From Elusimicrobiota bacterium (lineage in GTDB: Bacteria; Elusimicrobiota; Elusimicrobia; UBA1565; JACRDR01): a stretch of DNA of 27,976 bases. Position 1 is the stretch's first letter; every line of letters starts with the position of its first letter. Below the pieces are notes generated by a model that had not been told where the DNA came from, ran no database searches, and saw only the letters and a list, made by a program, of their open reading frames with translations. Location of the stretch: assembly GCA_041694815.1 (NCBI GenBank), contig JBGFSC010000040.1:1-27976 (forward strand), read 5' to 3'. The position numbers and the translations under genes were made by a program. Positions 8,937 to 17,737 of this stretch are shown here, in pieces.

Positions 8937-9779
8937 TCATTCGACCGGCCCCTCCCCAGGCATTCGACGATAAACTCGATACGGCGGCTTGTCGTCCTTA
9001 AAAGAAACAAGCCTAAGGGGAGGAACCCGAACCTCATCGGCAATTTTCTCCAGGGATACCGCTAAAAGAACGCCGGACTGATATACGTTAACCTTGAGTG
9101 TCTTCAAGCCTTCAATGGAAGACAGCCAGGCCTGCACTTGTTGCGACGCGGGGGAATGAGCGTCGTCATCGTGCTCCTCAGAATCAAGAATTTTCGTGAG
9201 AAGCAAAACGATATAAAGCCTTCCCGATTTCTTCAGAATCCGTCCGTATTGTTGGAGAACAACATCAAGATGAGGCGTGTAGGAAGCGGCCCCGTAGACG
9301 TCCGTAATGATATCGGCCCGAGGAAATGTATCGGGCGCGTATTCCTCGATCGGTCTACCTTCTCGATATTGAAATAGGACTCCCCATCGCTGTATCGCCC
9401 TGTCCAAGAGTTGATCGGCTGGTTTCTGAACGGAGACCGCCACGCAGACAGGGCCTACCTGCGTCTTCTCTAGTAATTCGATCTGAGCCTTGGCCGAGCC
9501 GGCCCCGACGTCAATCCAGACTCCTCTAGGCGTGATCCTCCTCAAATCGGCAGAAAAAAGATCGCCAAAAGCCATCTCATACTGCCAAAGCCCGCGGGAG
9601 ACCTCGAAATCATTTTTTTTAATCCTATCGCGATTCTCGGCTATTTCCCGGCCGGTGTCAGCGATCGTTTGGCGAAGAGCATGGGGCCATTCGCTCCAGA
9701 CGGCCTTTTCAAATTGGGAAGCCCCAATATCGAATGCGCCGCCGAAACAAATAATAAAAAGGATGATGAAACGTTTCAC
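8937..9779 (-). CDS. Class I SAM-dependent methyltransferase-fold protein with N-terminal signal/anchor
   Basis: Motif I VWIDVGAGSA, ADIITDVYG, RILKKSGRLYI; hydrophobic N-terminus MKRFIILFIICFGGA. Confidence 0.75.
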   Translation of the reverse strand: MKRFIILFIICFGGAFDIGASQFEKAVWSEWPHALRQTIADTGREIAENRDRIKKNDFEVSRGLWQYEMAFGDLFSADLRRITPRGVWIDVGAGSAKAQIELLEKTQVGPVCVAVSVQKPADQLLDRAIQRWGVLFQYREGRPIEEYAPDTFPRADIITDVYGAASYTPHLDVVLQQYGRILKKSGRLYIVLLLTKILDSEEHDDDAHSPASQQVQAWLSSIEGLKTLKVNVYQSGVLLAVSLEKIADEVRVPPLRLVSFKDDKPPYRVYRRMPGEGPVE

Positions 9780-9854
9780 AACTTTAGTTTAATCGGTGGA
9801 CCAAGGTAAGTCCAAGAAAGTTTCTATTAATAAAATTATTATTGTATTTAAATG

Positions 9855-11354
9855 CTAATTTGAGATCCTAAACTGGCTCTTGAACGCCGCCTGTAAGGCT
9901 GCTAGCATAAGACAAACCCATCCGAACCAGTCACCATATCGTGAATAGAATGATCCTTGCGAGAAGTCAGCCACATGGATAGTTGCCTTTAATATCCCGG
10001 CGCTGAGCAGCGCCTTTTGCGCCACGATCACGCCATACGGATCGATCACCGCCGAGATTCCGGTGTTTCCAGAACGCAGCACGATGGCGCGGTTCTCGAT
10101 CGCACGAAAGATATTCGTATAAAAGTGCTGGTAAGGTCCCCACGTATCCTTGTACCAGCCGTCGTTGGTCAGATTGGCCAGGATTCGGCTTCCCAGTTCG
10201 ACCGAGACCCGGCTGAGTCTTGGAAAAACGGCCTCATAGCAGATACTGACTCCGACGGGACCTAACGGCGTTGAAAGCGGCGCCTGCCGCTCTTCTCCAG
10301 CGTCGAAATCGCCCAATTGAGACAGGATGCCGATGTAGGGCTGCAGCCAAGCCCGCATCGGCACGAATTCCCCAAAGGGTACCAGTTGCCGCTTGTAATA
10401 GACCCCCGCCGTTCTGCCTTCGGGCCCGATTAGGACCGCGGCGTTGTATTGCGCCCGCTCCGTACCGCTGGCGGCCCCGAGCAATTGATGCGCGCGCAGT
10501 CGGCGAGACCAAGCGGCGGCCCAGGCAAAGAGCTCGGGCTCCTCCAGCCAACCGGGCAAAGCCGATTCCGGCCAGACGACCAGGGCCGGCTTTTCTTTAG
10601 CGGCCTCCGTCAACAGATGGTCGAATATCTTACGAATGGTCCCAATTGAGGATTCATCCCATTTCCGATATTGATCGATGTTCGGCTGAAGGAATACGAC
10701 CGTGTGGCCTTTCGCGGACTCCGCTCGATGAGCCAGCGTCCAGGCGCCGTAACCCCACCAAGCGGCGCATAGCGCCGCCGGCAAGGCGAGGGGTCGAAGG
10801 CGCCTTTCTTCGAACCATCGAGCCAGGTGGGCGTTGGCGAGGACGATTAGAAAACTCAGGGCATGCGGCCCGGCCCACGCGATCCCTTGCAGCCAGGCGA
10901 GATGCCTCCACTGAGTATAAGCCAACAAATCCGCCGGAAGGCGCGGGGTCCAGCGCGCGGAGGCGAACTCCAACGCCGCCCAAAGCGCGGCGCAGGCCCA
11001 CGGCCACAAGGGCGCCGGCGTTCCAGCGACCAGCCAACGGATCAGGGCCGTCGCGGCCGCCCATTGCAGCGCGGAGAAGGCGGCCAAGGCGGCCCAGGCC
11101 AGCAGGGCGGCGGGAACGGGAACGCCCGCGAAGCGGCAGGTCGAGTAGATCCAGTAGAGCGCCGTGGCGAAGAAGCCGGCGCCGAAGAACCATCCCAAAA
11201 GCGCCGAACGCCGTATGGAGACGGCTCCTCGAATCGTGTGCAGGAGCGGGGCCAAGGCGAACCAGGCCAAGAAGCAAAGGCCGGGCTTGGGCAGGCAAAG
11301 GGCCAGCAGCGAGCCGCAGGCGAGCCCGGCGGCGGGCGTCAGGCGCCGTGGCAC
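9855..11354 (-). CDS. lnt: Apolipoprotein N-acyltransferase
   Basis: QPNI, VVWPESA, YYKRQLVPFGEF, ICYEAVF, TNDGWY, RAIEN, GNTGIS. Confidence 0.95.
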   Translation of the reverse strand: MPRRLTPAAGLACGSLLALCLPKPGLCFLAWFALAPLLHTIRGAVSIRRSALLGWFFGAGFFATALYWIYSTCRFAGVPVPAALLAWAALAAFSALQWAAATALIRWLVAGTPAPLWPWACAALWAALEFASARWTPRLPADLLAYTQWRHLAWLQGIAWAGPHALSFLIVLANAHLARWFEERRLRPLALPAALCAAWWGYGAWTLAHRAESAKGHTVVFLQPNIDQYRKWDESSIGTIRKIFDHLLTEAAKEKPALVVWPESALPGWLEEPELFAWAAAWSRRLRAHQLLGAASGTERAQYNAAVLIGPEGRTAGVYYKRQLVPFGEFVPMRAWLQPYIGILSQLGDFDAGEERQAPLSTPLGPVGVSICYEAVFPRLSRVSVELGSRILANLTNDGWYKDTWGPYQHFYTNIFRAIENRAIVLRSGNTGISAVIDPYGVIVAQKALLSAGILKATIHVADFSQGSFYSRYGDWFGWVCLMLAALQAAFKSQFRISN

Positions 11355-14023
11355 TTCTTGTATTTCTTGCCGCTGCCGCAGATGCAGGGATCGTTTCGGC
11401 CGATTTTCTGGATCGCGGTCGGGACTGCCGGCGCCGCCTTTTTAAACGGCGAGACCGGCCCCTGACCCTTGCCGTTGGTCGCCTCGGGCTTTTCCGCGCG
11501 CATCACCGGCGGAAGCGTCGGCTCGATGCGCCGGGGGGCCTGGATGCGGAAGAGGTATTCCACCGTCTGCTCGCGCACGCGCCCGAGCATGGTCTCAAAT
11601 AGGGCGAAGGACTCCTTCTGATACTCGACCAGCGGGTCCTTCTGCCCGTAGGCGCGAAGCCCGATCGACTTCTTTAAATGATCGAGATCATAGAGATGGT
11701 TCTTCCAGGCCGAATCGATGATCTGCAGCAGCACCATCTTCTCTAAGTCCTTGAAATCGTAGCCCTTGAACTCCTCGGCCCGCGCGGCGTAGCGCTCGCG
11801 CACCTTCCGGAGCAAATCCTCCTTGAGCGACTCGGAGTCCATCCGGTAGAGCTCCTCCGGCTTCGGCCCCCAGTCGATATCGAAGGTGCGCTCGAGATAG
11901 GCGGCCAGGCTCGTCGCGTCCCAGGCCTCGGGATGCGCGTCCTTGGAGGCCCAAAGCGCGACCTTCTCCTCGAGCTCCTCGTCGATCATGCGCGCCACCT
12001 GATCGGTGACCTCGGCGCCGTCGAGTATTTGGTTGCGCAGGCTGTAGACCACCTCGCGCTGCTTGTTGAGCACCTTGTCGTAGTCGAGGAGCTGCTTGCG
12101 GATGTCGAAGTTATGCGTCTCCACCCGGCGCTGCGCTCCGGCGATCTGCCGGCTGACCAAGGTCGATTCGATGACCTCGCCCTCCTCCATGCCCAGCTTC
12201 TGCATGATGGTCGAGAGCCGATCCGAGCCGAAAAGGCGCATGAGCTCGTCGTCTAGGGCCAGATAGAACCGCGAGGATCCGGGGTCGCCCTGGCGGCCGC
12301 AACGGCCGCGGAGCTGGTTGTCGATGCGGCGGGCCTCGTGCCGCTCGGTTCCCAGGACGTGCAAGCCGCCGACCGAGACCACGAACTTCTGGTCCTCCAA
12401 GTCGGGCGGGTTGCCCCCCAGGATGATGTCGGTGCCGCGCCCCGCCATGTTGGTCGCGATCGTCACCGTGGCCGAGTGCCCGGCTTGGGCGATGATCTGG
12501 GCCTCCTGCTCGTGGTATTTCGCGTTGAGCACCTGGTGCGGGATGCCCTTGGCGCGTAGCATCGACGCCAGCTTCTCGGACTTCTCGATCGAGCGCGTGC
12601 CCACCAGCACCGGCTGGCGCTTCTTCCAGAGCTCCTCTATCTCGGCGACGATGGCATTGTATTTCTCGCGCTCGGTTCGGTAGACGAGATCGGGATGGTC
12701 GATGCGCGCGTTAGCGCGGTTCGGGGGGATCTCGACGACGTCGAGCTCGTAGATCTCCCAGAACTCGTCGGCCTCGGTCATGGCCGTGCCGGTCATGCCG
12801 CCCAGCTTCTTGTAGAGCTTAAAGAAGTTCTGGAAGGTAATCGTGGCGAGGGTCTGGTTCTCCTCCTTGATGGGAAGGTTCTCCTTGGCCTCGACGGATT
12901 GGTGCAGGCCCTCCGACCAGCGGCGTCCCGGCATCAGGCGGCCGGTGAATTCGTCGACGATGACGACCTCCGCGTCCTTGACCACATAATCGACGTCGCG
13001 CTTGTAGAGATGGTGCGCCCGCAGGGATTGCGTGATGTGGTGGACCCATTCGCCCTGCAGGTCGTCGTAGAGGTTGCTCAGTCCCAAGAGCTTCTCGGCC
13101 TTGTTGATGCCCTGCTCGGTCAGGACGGCGGTGTGGTTTTTCTCATCGATGACGGCGTCGAAGCCCTTGCCAAGGTCCTCGCCGCTGTACTTGGACTGGA
13201 TCTCCTCGTTCTCGGTGATGAAGCGGACCTGAAGATGCGGCACGATGCGGTTGATGATCGCGTAGCGCTCGGTGGATTCCTCGGCCGGGCCGGAGATGAT
13301 CAGCGGCGTGCGCGCCTCGTCGATCAAGATCGAGTCGACCTCGTCGACAATGGCGTAATGATTTCCGCGCAGCACGCGGTCCTCGGCGCGCACCACCATG
13401 TTGTCGCGCAGGTAGTCGAAGCCGATCTCGTTGTTGGTGACGTAGGTGACGTCGCAGGCGTAGGCCGCGCGGCGCTCCTCGTTGGACATGTCGTGCTGGA
13501 TGTAGCCGACCGTAAGACCCAGGAACTGGTAGACGGGGCCCATCCATTGGCAGTCGCGCTTGGCTAGGTAATCGTTGACCGTCACCACGTGCGCGCCGCG
13601 CCCGGCCAGCGCGTTGAGGTAGATCGGCGCCGTGGCGACCAAGGTCTTTCCCTCGCCGGTCTTCATCTCGGAGATGGCCCCACCGTGGAGGACCATGCCT
13701 CCGAGCAGCTGCACGTCGTAATGCCTCAGGCCGATGGAGCGCGCGGCCGCCTCGCGCACGGCGGCGAAGGCCTCCGGAAGCACCGCGTCGAGCACTTCCT
13801 TCTCTCGGCGGCGGAACTCCTTGGGCTCCAAGCCCGGCGGGATGGCGGCCAGGCCCGGAGCGATGCGCTCGCGGAATTCCGCCGTCTTGGCCTTCAAGGC
13901 CTCGTCGGATAGCGCCTTATACTCGTCCGCGAGCGCGTTCACCCTGGCCAAAAGCGGCTGCAATTGCTTGATCTTGCGCTCGCTGGGCGAGCCGAAAATC
14001 GAATACACCAGTTTTTGGATCAT
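11339..14023 (-). CDS. secA: Preprotein translocase ATPase SecA
   Basis: MKTGEGKT, DEVDSILIDEARTPLIISG, ATNMAGRGTDI, C-terminal SEC-C GRNDPCICGSGKKYKKCHG. Confidence 0.99.
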   Translation of the reverse strand: MIQKLVYSIFGSPSERKIKQLQPLLARVNALADEYKALSDEALKAKTAEFRERIAPGLAAIPPGLEPKEFRRREKEVLDAVLPEAFAAVREAAARSIGLRHYDVQLLGGMVLHGGAISEMKTGEGKTLVATAPIYLNALAGRGAHVVTVNDYLAKRDCQWMGPVYQFLGLTVGYIQHDMSNEERRAAYACDVTYVTNNEIGFDYLRDNMVVRAEDRVLRGNHYAIVDEVDSILIDEARTPLIISGPAEESTERYAIINRIVPHLQVRFITENEEIQSKYSGEDLGKGFDAVIDEKNHTAVLTEQGINKAEKLLGLSNLYDDLQGEWVHHITQSLRAHHLYKRDVDYVVKDAEVVIVDEFTGRLMPGRRWSEGLHQSVEAKENLPIKEENQTLATITFQNFFKLYKKLGGMTGTAMTEADEFWEIYELDVVEIPPNRANARIDHPDLVYRTEREKYNAIVAEIEELWKKRQPVLVGTRSIEKSEKLASMLRAKGIPHQVLNAKYHEQEAQIIAQAGHSATVTIATNMAGRGTDIILGGNPPDLEDQKFVVSVGGLHVLGTERHEARRIDNQLRGRCGRQGDPGSSRFYLALDDELMRLFGSDRLSTIMQKLGMEEGEVIESTLVSRQIAGAQRRVETHNFDIRKQLLDYDKVLNKQREVVYSLRNQILDGAEVTDQVARMIDEELEEKVALWASKDAHPEAWDATSLAAYLERTFDIDWGPKPEELYRMDSESLKEDLLRKVRERYAARAEEFKGYDFKDLEKMVLLQIIDSAWKNHLYDLDHLKKSIGLRAYGQKDPLVEYQKESFALFETMLGRVREQTVEYLFRIQAPRRIEPTLPPVMRAEKPEATNGKGQGPVSPFKKAAPAVPTAIQKIGRNDPCICGSGKKYKKCHGA

Positions 14024-14039
14024 GGGACGGACTTCCCAC

Positions 14040-14048
14040 AGTATAGCA
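14040..14048 (-). promoter_or_regulatory. Extended -10 promoter of secA
   Basis: TGCTATACT, 16 nt upstream of the ATG. Confidence 0.6.
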
Positions 14049-14094
14049 TTTGGTGCCAGGTATCCACTTTCTACACTTTCTCTACTTTCTTCAA

Positions 14095-14133
14095 CAGGTC
14101 CTAAGACCTACGCAATCTAGGCCCTAGGTCCTA
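14095..14133. promoter_or_regulatory. Two operator copies 23 bp apart
   Basis: CAGGTCCTAAGACCTA (14095-14110) and TAGGCCCTAGGTCCTA (14118-14133). Confidence 0.65.
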
Positions 14134-14135
14134 GG

Positions 14136-14164
14136 TTATCCACCGGTGGATAAGCTGTGGATAA
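14136..14164. promoter_or_regulatory. Cluster of three DnaA boxes
   Basis: TTATCCACC (14136), GGTGGATAA (14145) and perfect TGTGGATAA (14156; reverse complement of TTATCCACA). Confidence 0.7.
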
Positions 14165-15485
14165 CTGCCTTTCCAATGTCTCGGGCCAGGGCCGGCAGGC
14201 TGGGGTCCCGCGCCCCCATGATGAGCACTACGTCGCCGGGCCGGGCCGCCCGGGCTATCTCCTCGGGCAGCTTGCCTCGATCCTGCGCGAAGCGCGCGTC
14301 GCGGCCACCGGCGGAGATAGCGCCGGCGATCTCGCGGGCCGAGATGCCGCGGTCCGCCGTGCCCCCGGCGTAATATATTTCCGGCATCCATAAGATATCC
14401 CTGGGTTCGAGGACGCGGCCGAAGGTTTCGATGAGGGCCTGCCGGTGGAAGCGGGCCGGGGCGAAGCCGTGTATCTGGAATACGGCGAGGAGGCGGCCGC
14501 CCTTTAAATGCGCGGCCTCGACGGCGGCCTCAACCTTGGCGGGATTGTGCGCGAAATCGTCGACGACGAGCACACCGCAGCCCTCGGCGACCTTCTCGAA
14601 GCGGCGCGCGACGCCCCGATAGGCCGAGAGGGCCTCGGCCGCCGTCGGCAGCGGCACCCCCGCAATGGAGCAAGCGGCGACCGCCGCCAGGGCGTTATCG
14701 ACATTATGGCGGCCGGGCAGCGGAAGATGGAATCGGACCCCTTCCAAGGTGAATTCCGAACCTTCGGGGGCTAAGCTCATCGAATTCGCCTTCCCGAATA
14801 GGGAGCTGCCTTTCTCAAACTCGACCATCCCCGGCGAGCCCTCATGGACTAGGAATTCCGCGCAGCGCGACCGGAAGGTCCTAAACATCGGCAGGATTTC
14901 CGAGATTTCCTTATGATCGCGATCGATGTTGAGCAGCACTCCCAGCCACGGCCTATAGCCGACCAGCGTGCCGTCGCTCTCGTCTGCTTCGACGACGAGC
15001 AGGTCCGAGCTCCCCTTGAAGGCGTTTCCGGCGAGCCCACGGTCTTTTAGCGCGAGCAGGGCTCCCCCGGTGATGATCGAGGGGTTTTTGCGCGCATGCT
15101 CGAGTATCTCGAAGATCATCGCCGCGACGGTCGATTTTCCGCTGGTGCCGGCCACCGCGATGGTTCGATGGGCCGCGACGTACTGCGACAGCTTCTCGGA
15201 GCGGTGGAGGATGGGGATGCCCAAGGCCTTCGCCCGGAGCAGGTCGGCGTTATCATCCTCAATAGCCGTGGAGGCGACGACGCGCTCTGGGGGGGTCTCG
15301 AAGGCGCTGCCGTCCTGCGGGAAAAGCCGCACGCCCAGGGCCTTAAGCTGCGCGGCTAGTTCCGAGGCCTGCCCCCGGTCGAAGTTCCGGTCGGATCCGG
15401 TGGCCACGCCCCCCTCCATGGCGTGGAACTGGGCCAAGGCGCTCATGCCGCTGCCGGCCACGCCGACGAAATGGAGCCGTTCCAT
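14136..15485 (-). CDS. murC: Mur ligase, UDP-N-acetylmuramate-L-alanine ligase-like
   Basis: HFVGVAGSGMSALA, AVAGTSGKST, VEADESDG, DDFAHNP, MGA. Confidence 0.85.
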   Translation of the reverse strand: MERLHFVGVAGSGMSALAQFHAMEGGVATGSDRNFDRGQASELAAQLKALGVRLFPQDGSAFETPPERVVASTAIEDDNADLLRAKALGIPILHRSEKLSQYVAAHRTIAVAGTSGKSTVAAMIFEILEHARKNPSIITGGALLALKDRGLAGNAFKGSSDLLVVEADESDGTLVGYRPWLGVLLNIDRDHKEISEILPMFRTFRSRCAEFLVHEGSPGMVEFEKGSSLFGKANSMSLAPEGSEFTLEGVRFHLPLPGRHNVDNALAAVAACSIAGVPLPTAAEALSAYRGVARRFEKVAEGCGVLVVDDFAHNPAKVEAAVEAAHLKGGRLLAVFQIHGFAPARFHRQALIETFGRVLEPRDILWMPEIYYAGGTADRGISAREIAGAISAGGRDARFAQDRGKLPEEIARAARPGDVVLIMGARDPSLPALARDIGKAVIHSLSTGG

Positions 15486-15490
15486 CCGCG

Positions 15491-15940
15491 CTAGGACCCG
15501 TCTTCCCCAAGCGAGGCGATGTCCGCGATATCCCTGGGCCGGCCCGTCGCGAGCTTATTCTTGATCAAGGCCTGCTTGCCGATGAAGAAAACGACCTGCT
15601 CGCCGAAGGGCCCCTTTTGCCGGCTATCCCAGATCTCCTCTGCCGTGACGCCGTCGAGAACCGTGAGCAGATCGATGCGCATGGGCGGAGATCCTAATTG
15701 AATCACCTGGCCCGAGAGAATGTCTTGTTCATTTAGGGATAAGGACTTAAGCCCGAACTCCGCGATGGCGCGCAAGAGGGCCTGGGCATTGGCGGGCGTC
15801 GGGCGAATCCAAATATCGACGTCGCCGGTAAAACGCGGCGCGCCCAGGAAGGCCAACGCGTATGCGCCGACGATCACGTGCTCGACGCGGTTGCGCTCGA
15901 GGGCGGCGAGGAAATCAGCGAAGTCGGGATGCACGTTCAC
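15491..15940 (-). CDS. Nucleotidyltransferase (DUF6036-like, putative TA component)
   Basis: IVGAYALAFLGAPRFTGDVDIW; NKLATGRPRDIADI. Confidence 0.8.
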   Translation of the reverse strand: MNVHPDFADFLAALERNRVEHVIVGAYALAFLGAPRFTGDVDIWIRPTPANAQALLRAIAEFGLKSLSLNEQDILSGQVIQLGSPPMRIDLLTVLDGVTAEEIWDSRQKGPFGEQVVFFIGKQALIKNKLATGRPRDIADIASLGEDGS

Positions 15941-16557
15941 GGCCGCGCCCTCAATTGGACGGCGCGCGCCAACCGTGGCAAGCTCTTATAACCCGACATC
16001 GCGTAATATTGCCGCCTTAAAAACTCCACCGCCGCGACCCGCTCGGCCGGGGATTTCGCGAGCCAAAAATTCAGATCATCCCGCGGATCCTTCTTGGCGA
16101 CGATCCGAGCGGGCATGCGCTCGCGCGTGAGAGGCCCGCCTGGCACCCTCGCGAGTATCGTCTTCAGATACTCCTTGTTGGGCGTCCTGGGATAAACCCG
16201 AATCACCCGAAACAAAAAGCGCTTTTCTCCTAGGCGGAATTCTCCGCCTCGCTTATGATTACAGACAAAGCCGTCGAGCAACGCGGGAGGCTTTAAACCC
16301 GAGGCCTCAAAATGCTCGCGGGATAGAAGCAAGAAATCGTCGGTTTTGAGGAAGGCTCGCACCAAGCTGCGTTGGGAAAATTGAGCTTCTTCCTGGGGCC
16401 GGCAATAAAGCCCTCGCCCGAGCTTACGCACCCAACCGTTATCAACCAAGGTTCTGAGATCCCGATCAACGGCCTTCGAAATTCCTCCCAACTCCTGGCG
16501 GCGATAAACCCGCCCCGGACGCATGGATTCTCTCAATCTCTCGGCGTTTTTGGACAT
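15937..16557 (-). CDS. DUF6088/AbiEi-like wHTH protein fused to a small NTase-partner domain
   Basis: PGRVYRR...VDRDL...GLY..P, LVRAFLK, NHKR.G.F.LG; C-terminal DDLNFWLAKSPAERVAAVEFLRRQ. Start set at 16557 from promoter geometry. Confidence 0.7.
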   Translation of the reverse strand: MSKNAERLRESMRPGRVYRRQELGGISKAVDRDLRTLVDNGWVRKLGRGLYCRPQEEAQFSQRSLVRAFLKTDDFLLLSREHFEASGLKPPALLDGFVCNHKRGGEFRLGEKRFLFRVIRVYPRTPNKEYLKTILARVPGGPLTRERMPARIVAKKDPRDDLNFWLAKSPAERVAAVEFLRRQYYAMSGYKSLPRLARAVQLRARP

Positions 16558-16563
16558 GATCTT

Positions 16564-16597
16564 AGAGTAACATGTTTCATGCAATTTTTCAATTGCA
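16564..16597 (-). promoter_or_regulatory. Sigma70 promoter with overlapping inverted-repeat operator
   Basis: TTGAAA (16592-16587), 17 nt, TACTCT (16569-16564), 6 nt, ATG; TGCAATT-N4-AATTGCA at 16580-16597. Confidence 0.65.
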
Positions 16598-16634
16598 ATA
16601 TTATTTTTCATGCATTTGCTTTGATTTCAGAAGC

Positions 16635-16724
16635 TAGGCCCAAGGACCCCTGCTACCTAGGCCGAAAGAATTTTTCGCGCTAGGTCCTTTGATCCCTGCG
16701 CGAGCGCTTCGGCGGGCTTATCCT
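16635..16724 (+). promoter_or_regulatory. Three operator copies at 23-bp period plus -10 box
   Basis: TAGGCCCAAGGACCCC (16635), TAGGCCGAAAGAATTT (16658), TAGGTCCTTTGATCCC (16681); TATCCT at 16719. Confidence 0.65.
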
Positions 16725-16730
16725 AGCGCG

Positions 16731-17267
16731 GTGAGCCGTTATGCTGTCTGCCTTATTTCGACCGTCGCCCTCGGCGTCTGGGCCCCGCTTAAGGCCGCCG
16801 CACTGGCCGTCGGCGATTCGGTCACGGTGCATTTCAAGGACGGCTCGAGCGTCGGCGGGACCTTGCTCGAGATGGGACCTGCCGTCGCCGTCAGCGTCGC
16901 GGGAAACGCACTCCGCTGGAACCTGGACTCCGTCGCTCGCATTGAATCGACGACGCCCTCGGCTGGACCTCCAATCACTCCCGCGCCTCCCACGTTCTCT
17001 CCGCTCATGAGCCCAGCGCCGATGGGTTACGCCTCCCCGGCTCCGATTTTTGGTTTCGGCTCGGCGCCCGTGACGGTCGTGACCATCGCTCAACCGCTTA
17101 CCCCTCAACAGCAGGAGGCTTTCCTCAAGCAGCAGGAATCCGATCGAGAAGCTCGCCGGAGACAGGTGACGACGCCGGAATCCGATTTTCAATTCAGGCT
17201 GCAGCAGGCGCTCGACCGCCGCGCCCGCGGGCTGCCGTTCGTAGCGACATCGGCGGACAAACAATGA
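16731..17267 (+). CDS. Secreted hypothetical protein (small beta domain, Pro-rich linker, helical tail)
   Basis: GTG 16731 gives signal peptide MSRYAVCLISTVALGVWAPLKAAA, then DSVTVHFKDGSSVGG. Confidence 0.7.
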   Translation: MSRYAVCLISTVALGVWAPLKAAALAVGDSVTVHFKDGSSVGGTLLEMGPAVAVSVAGNALRWNLDSVARIESTTPSAGPPITPAPPTFSPLMSPAPMGYASPAPIFGFGSAPVTVVTIAQPLTPQQQEAFLKQQESDREARRRQVTTPESDFQFRLQQALDRRARGLPFVATSADKQ

Positions 17268-17292
17268 CGCAAAATCGAGCAAAGGAGAGAAC

Positions 17293-17670
17293 ATGAAATA
17301 CGCAATAGCCCTACTAGCGGCCCTGTGGTGGCTTTCCCCGGCCAGCCTGGTCCATGCCGCCGACGCCGCCCAGGCGAGCAAGATCATCGCCAAATGGTCG
17401 CAAGGAGCTCAACTCACAGACGAAGAGAAGAATATTGCCGTCTCACACCTAACAGAAGAGAAGGAGAAGCTAGCCAAGCTACCCCCCGCCGAGTTCCGCA
17501 AGCAGATGCTCAACTCGATCGATCAGATGGCACAAGCGGGTCAGATATCCGAGGAGCAGGTCGCTCAGGCGCGACAATTCATCGGAGCGCTCCCGGATGC
17601 AAAGCTCGCCGAGGCGAAAGAGCAGGCCATCAAGCAGTTCGACATGATGATCAAGCTGATCAAAGGCTGA
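17293..17670 (+). CDS. Secreted helical hypothetical protein
   Basis: SD AAAGGAG; signal peptide ending ASLVHA. Confidence 0.8.
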   Translation: MKYAIALLAALWWLSPASLVHAADAAQASKIIAKWSQGAQLTDEEKNIAVSHLTEEKEKLAKLPPAEFRKQMLNSIDQMAQAGQISEEQVAQARQFIGALPDAKLAEAKEQAIKQFDMMIKLIKG

Positions 17671-17689
17671 GCCGCTTTTTCAGCAGCCG

Positions 17690-17724
17690 AGAAGCCCTCC
17701 GATTCGTTGGAGGGCTTCTTTTTT
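17690..17724 (+). terminator. Rho-independent terminator
   Basis: AGAAGCCCTCC-gattcgtt-GGAGGGCTTCT followed by a T-run. Confidence 0.85.
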
Positions 17725-17737
17725 GTATAATTTCGCC

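Noticed and set aside
10646..14120. Long antisense ORFs over lnt and secA (similar ones over prfB and the thr genes)
   Set aside because: Shadow frames expected at high GC.
16635..16696. 23-bp periodic repeats as CRISPR or iteron arrays
   Set aside because: Only 2-4 degenerate copies with 6-8 bp gaps; no cas or rep genes.
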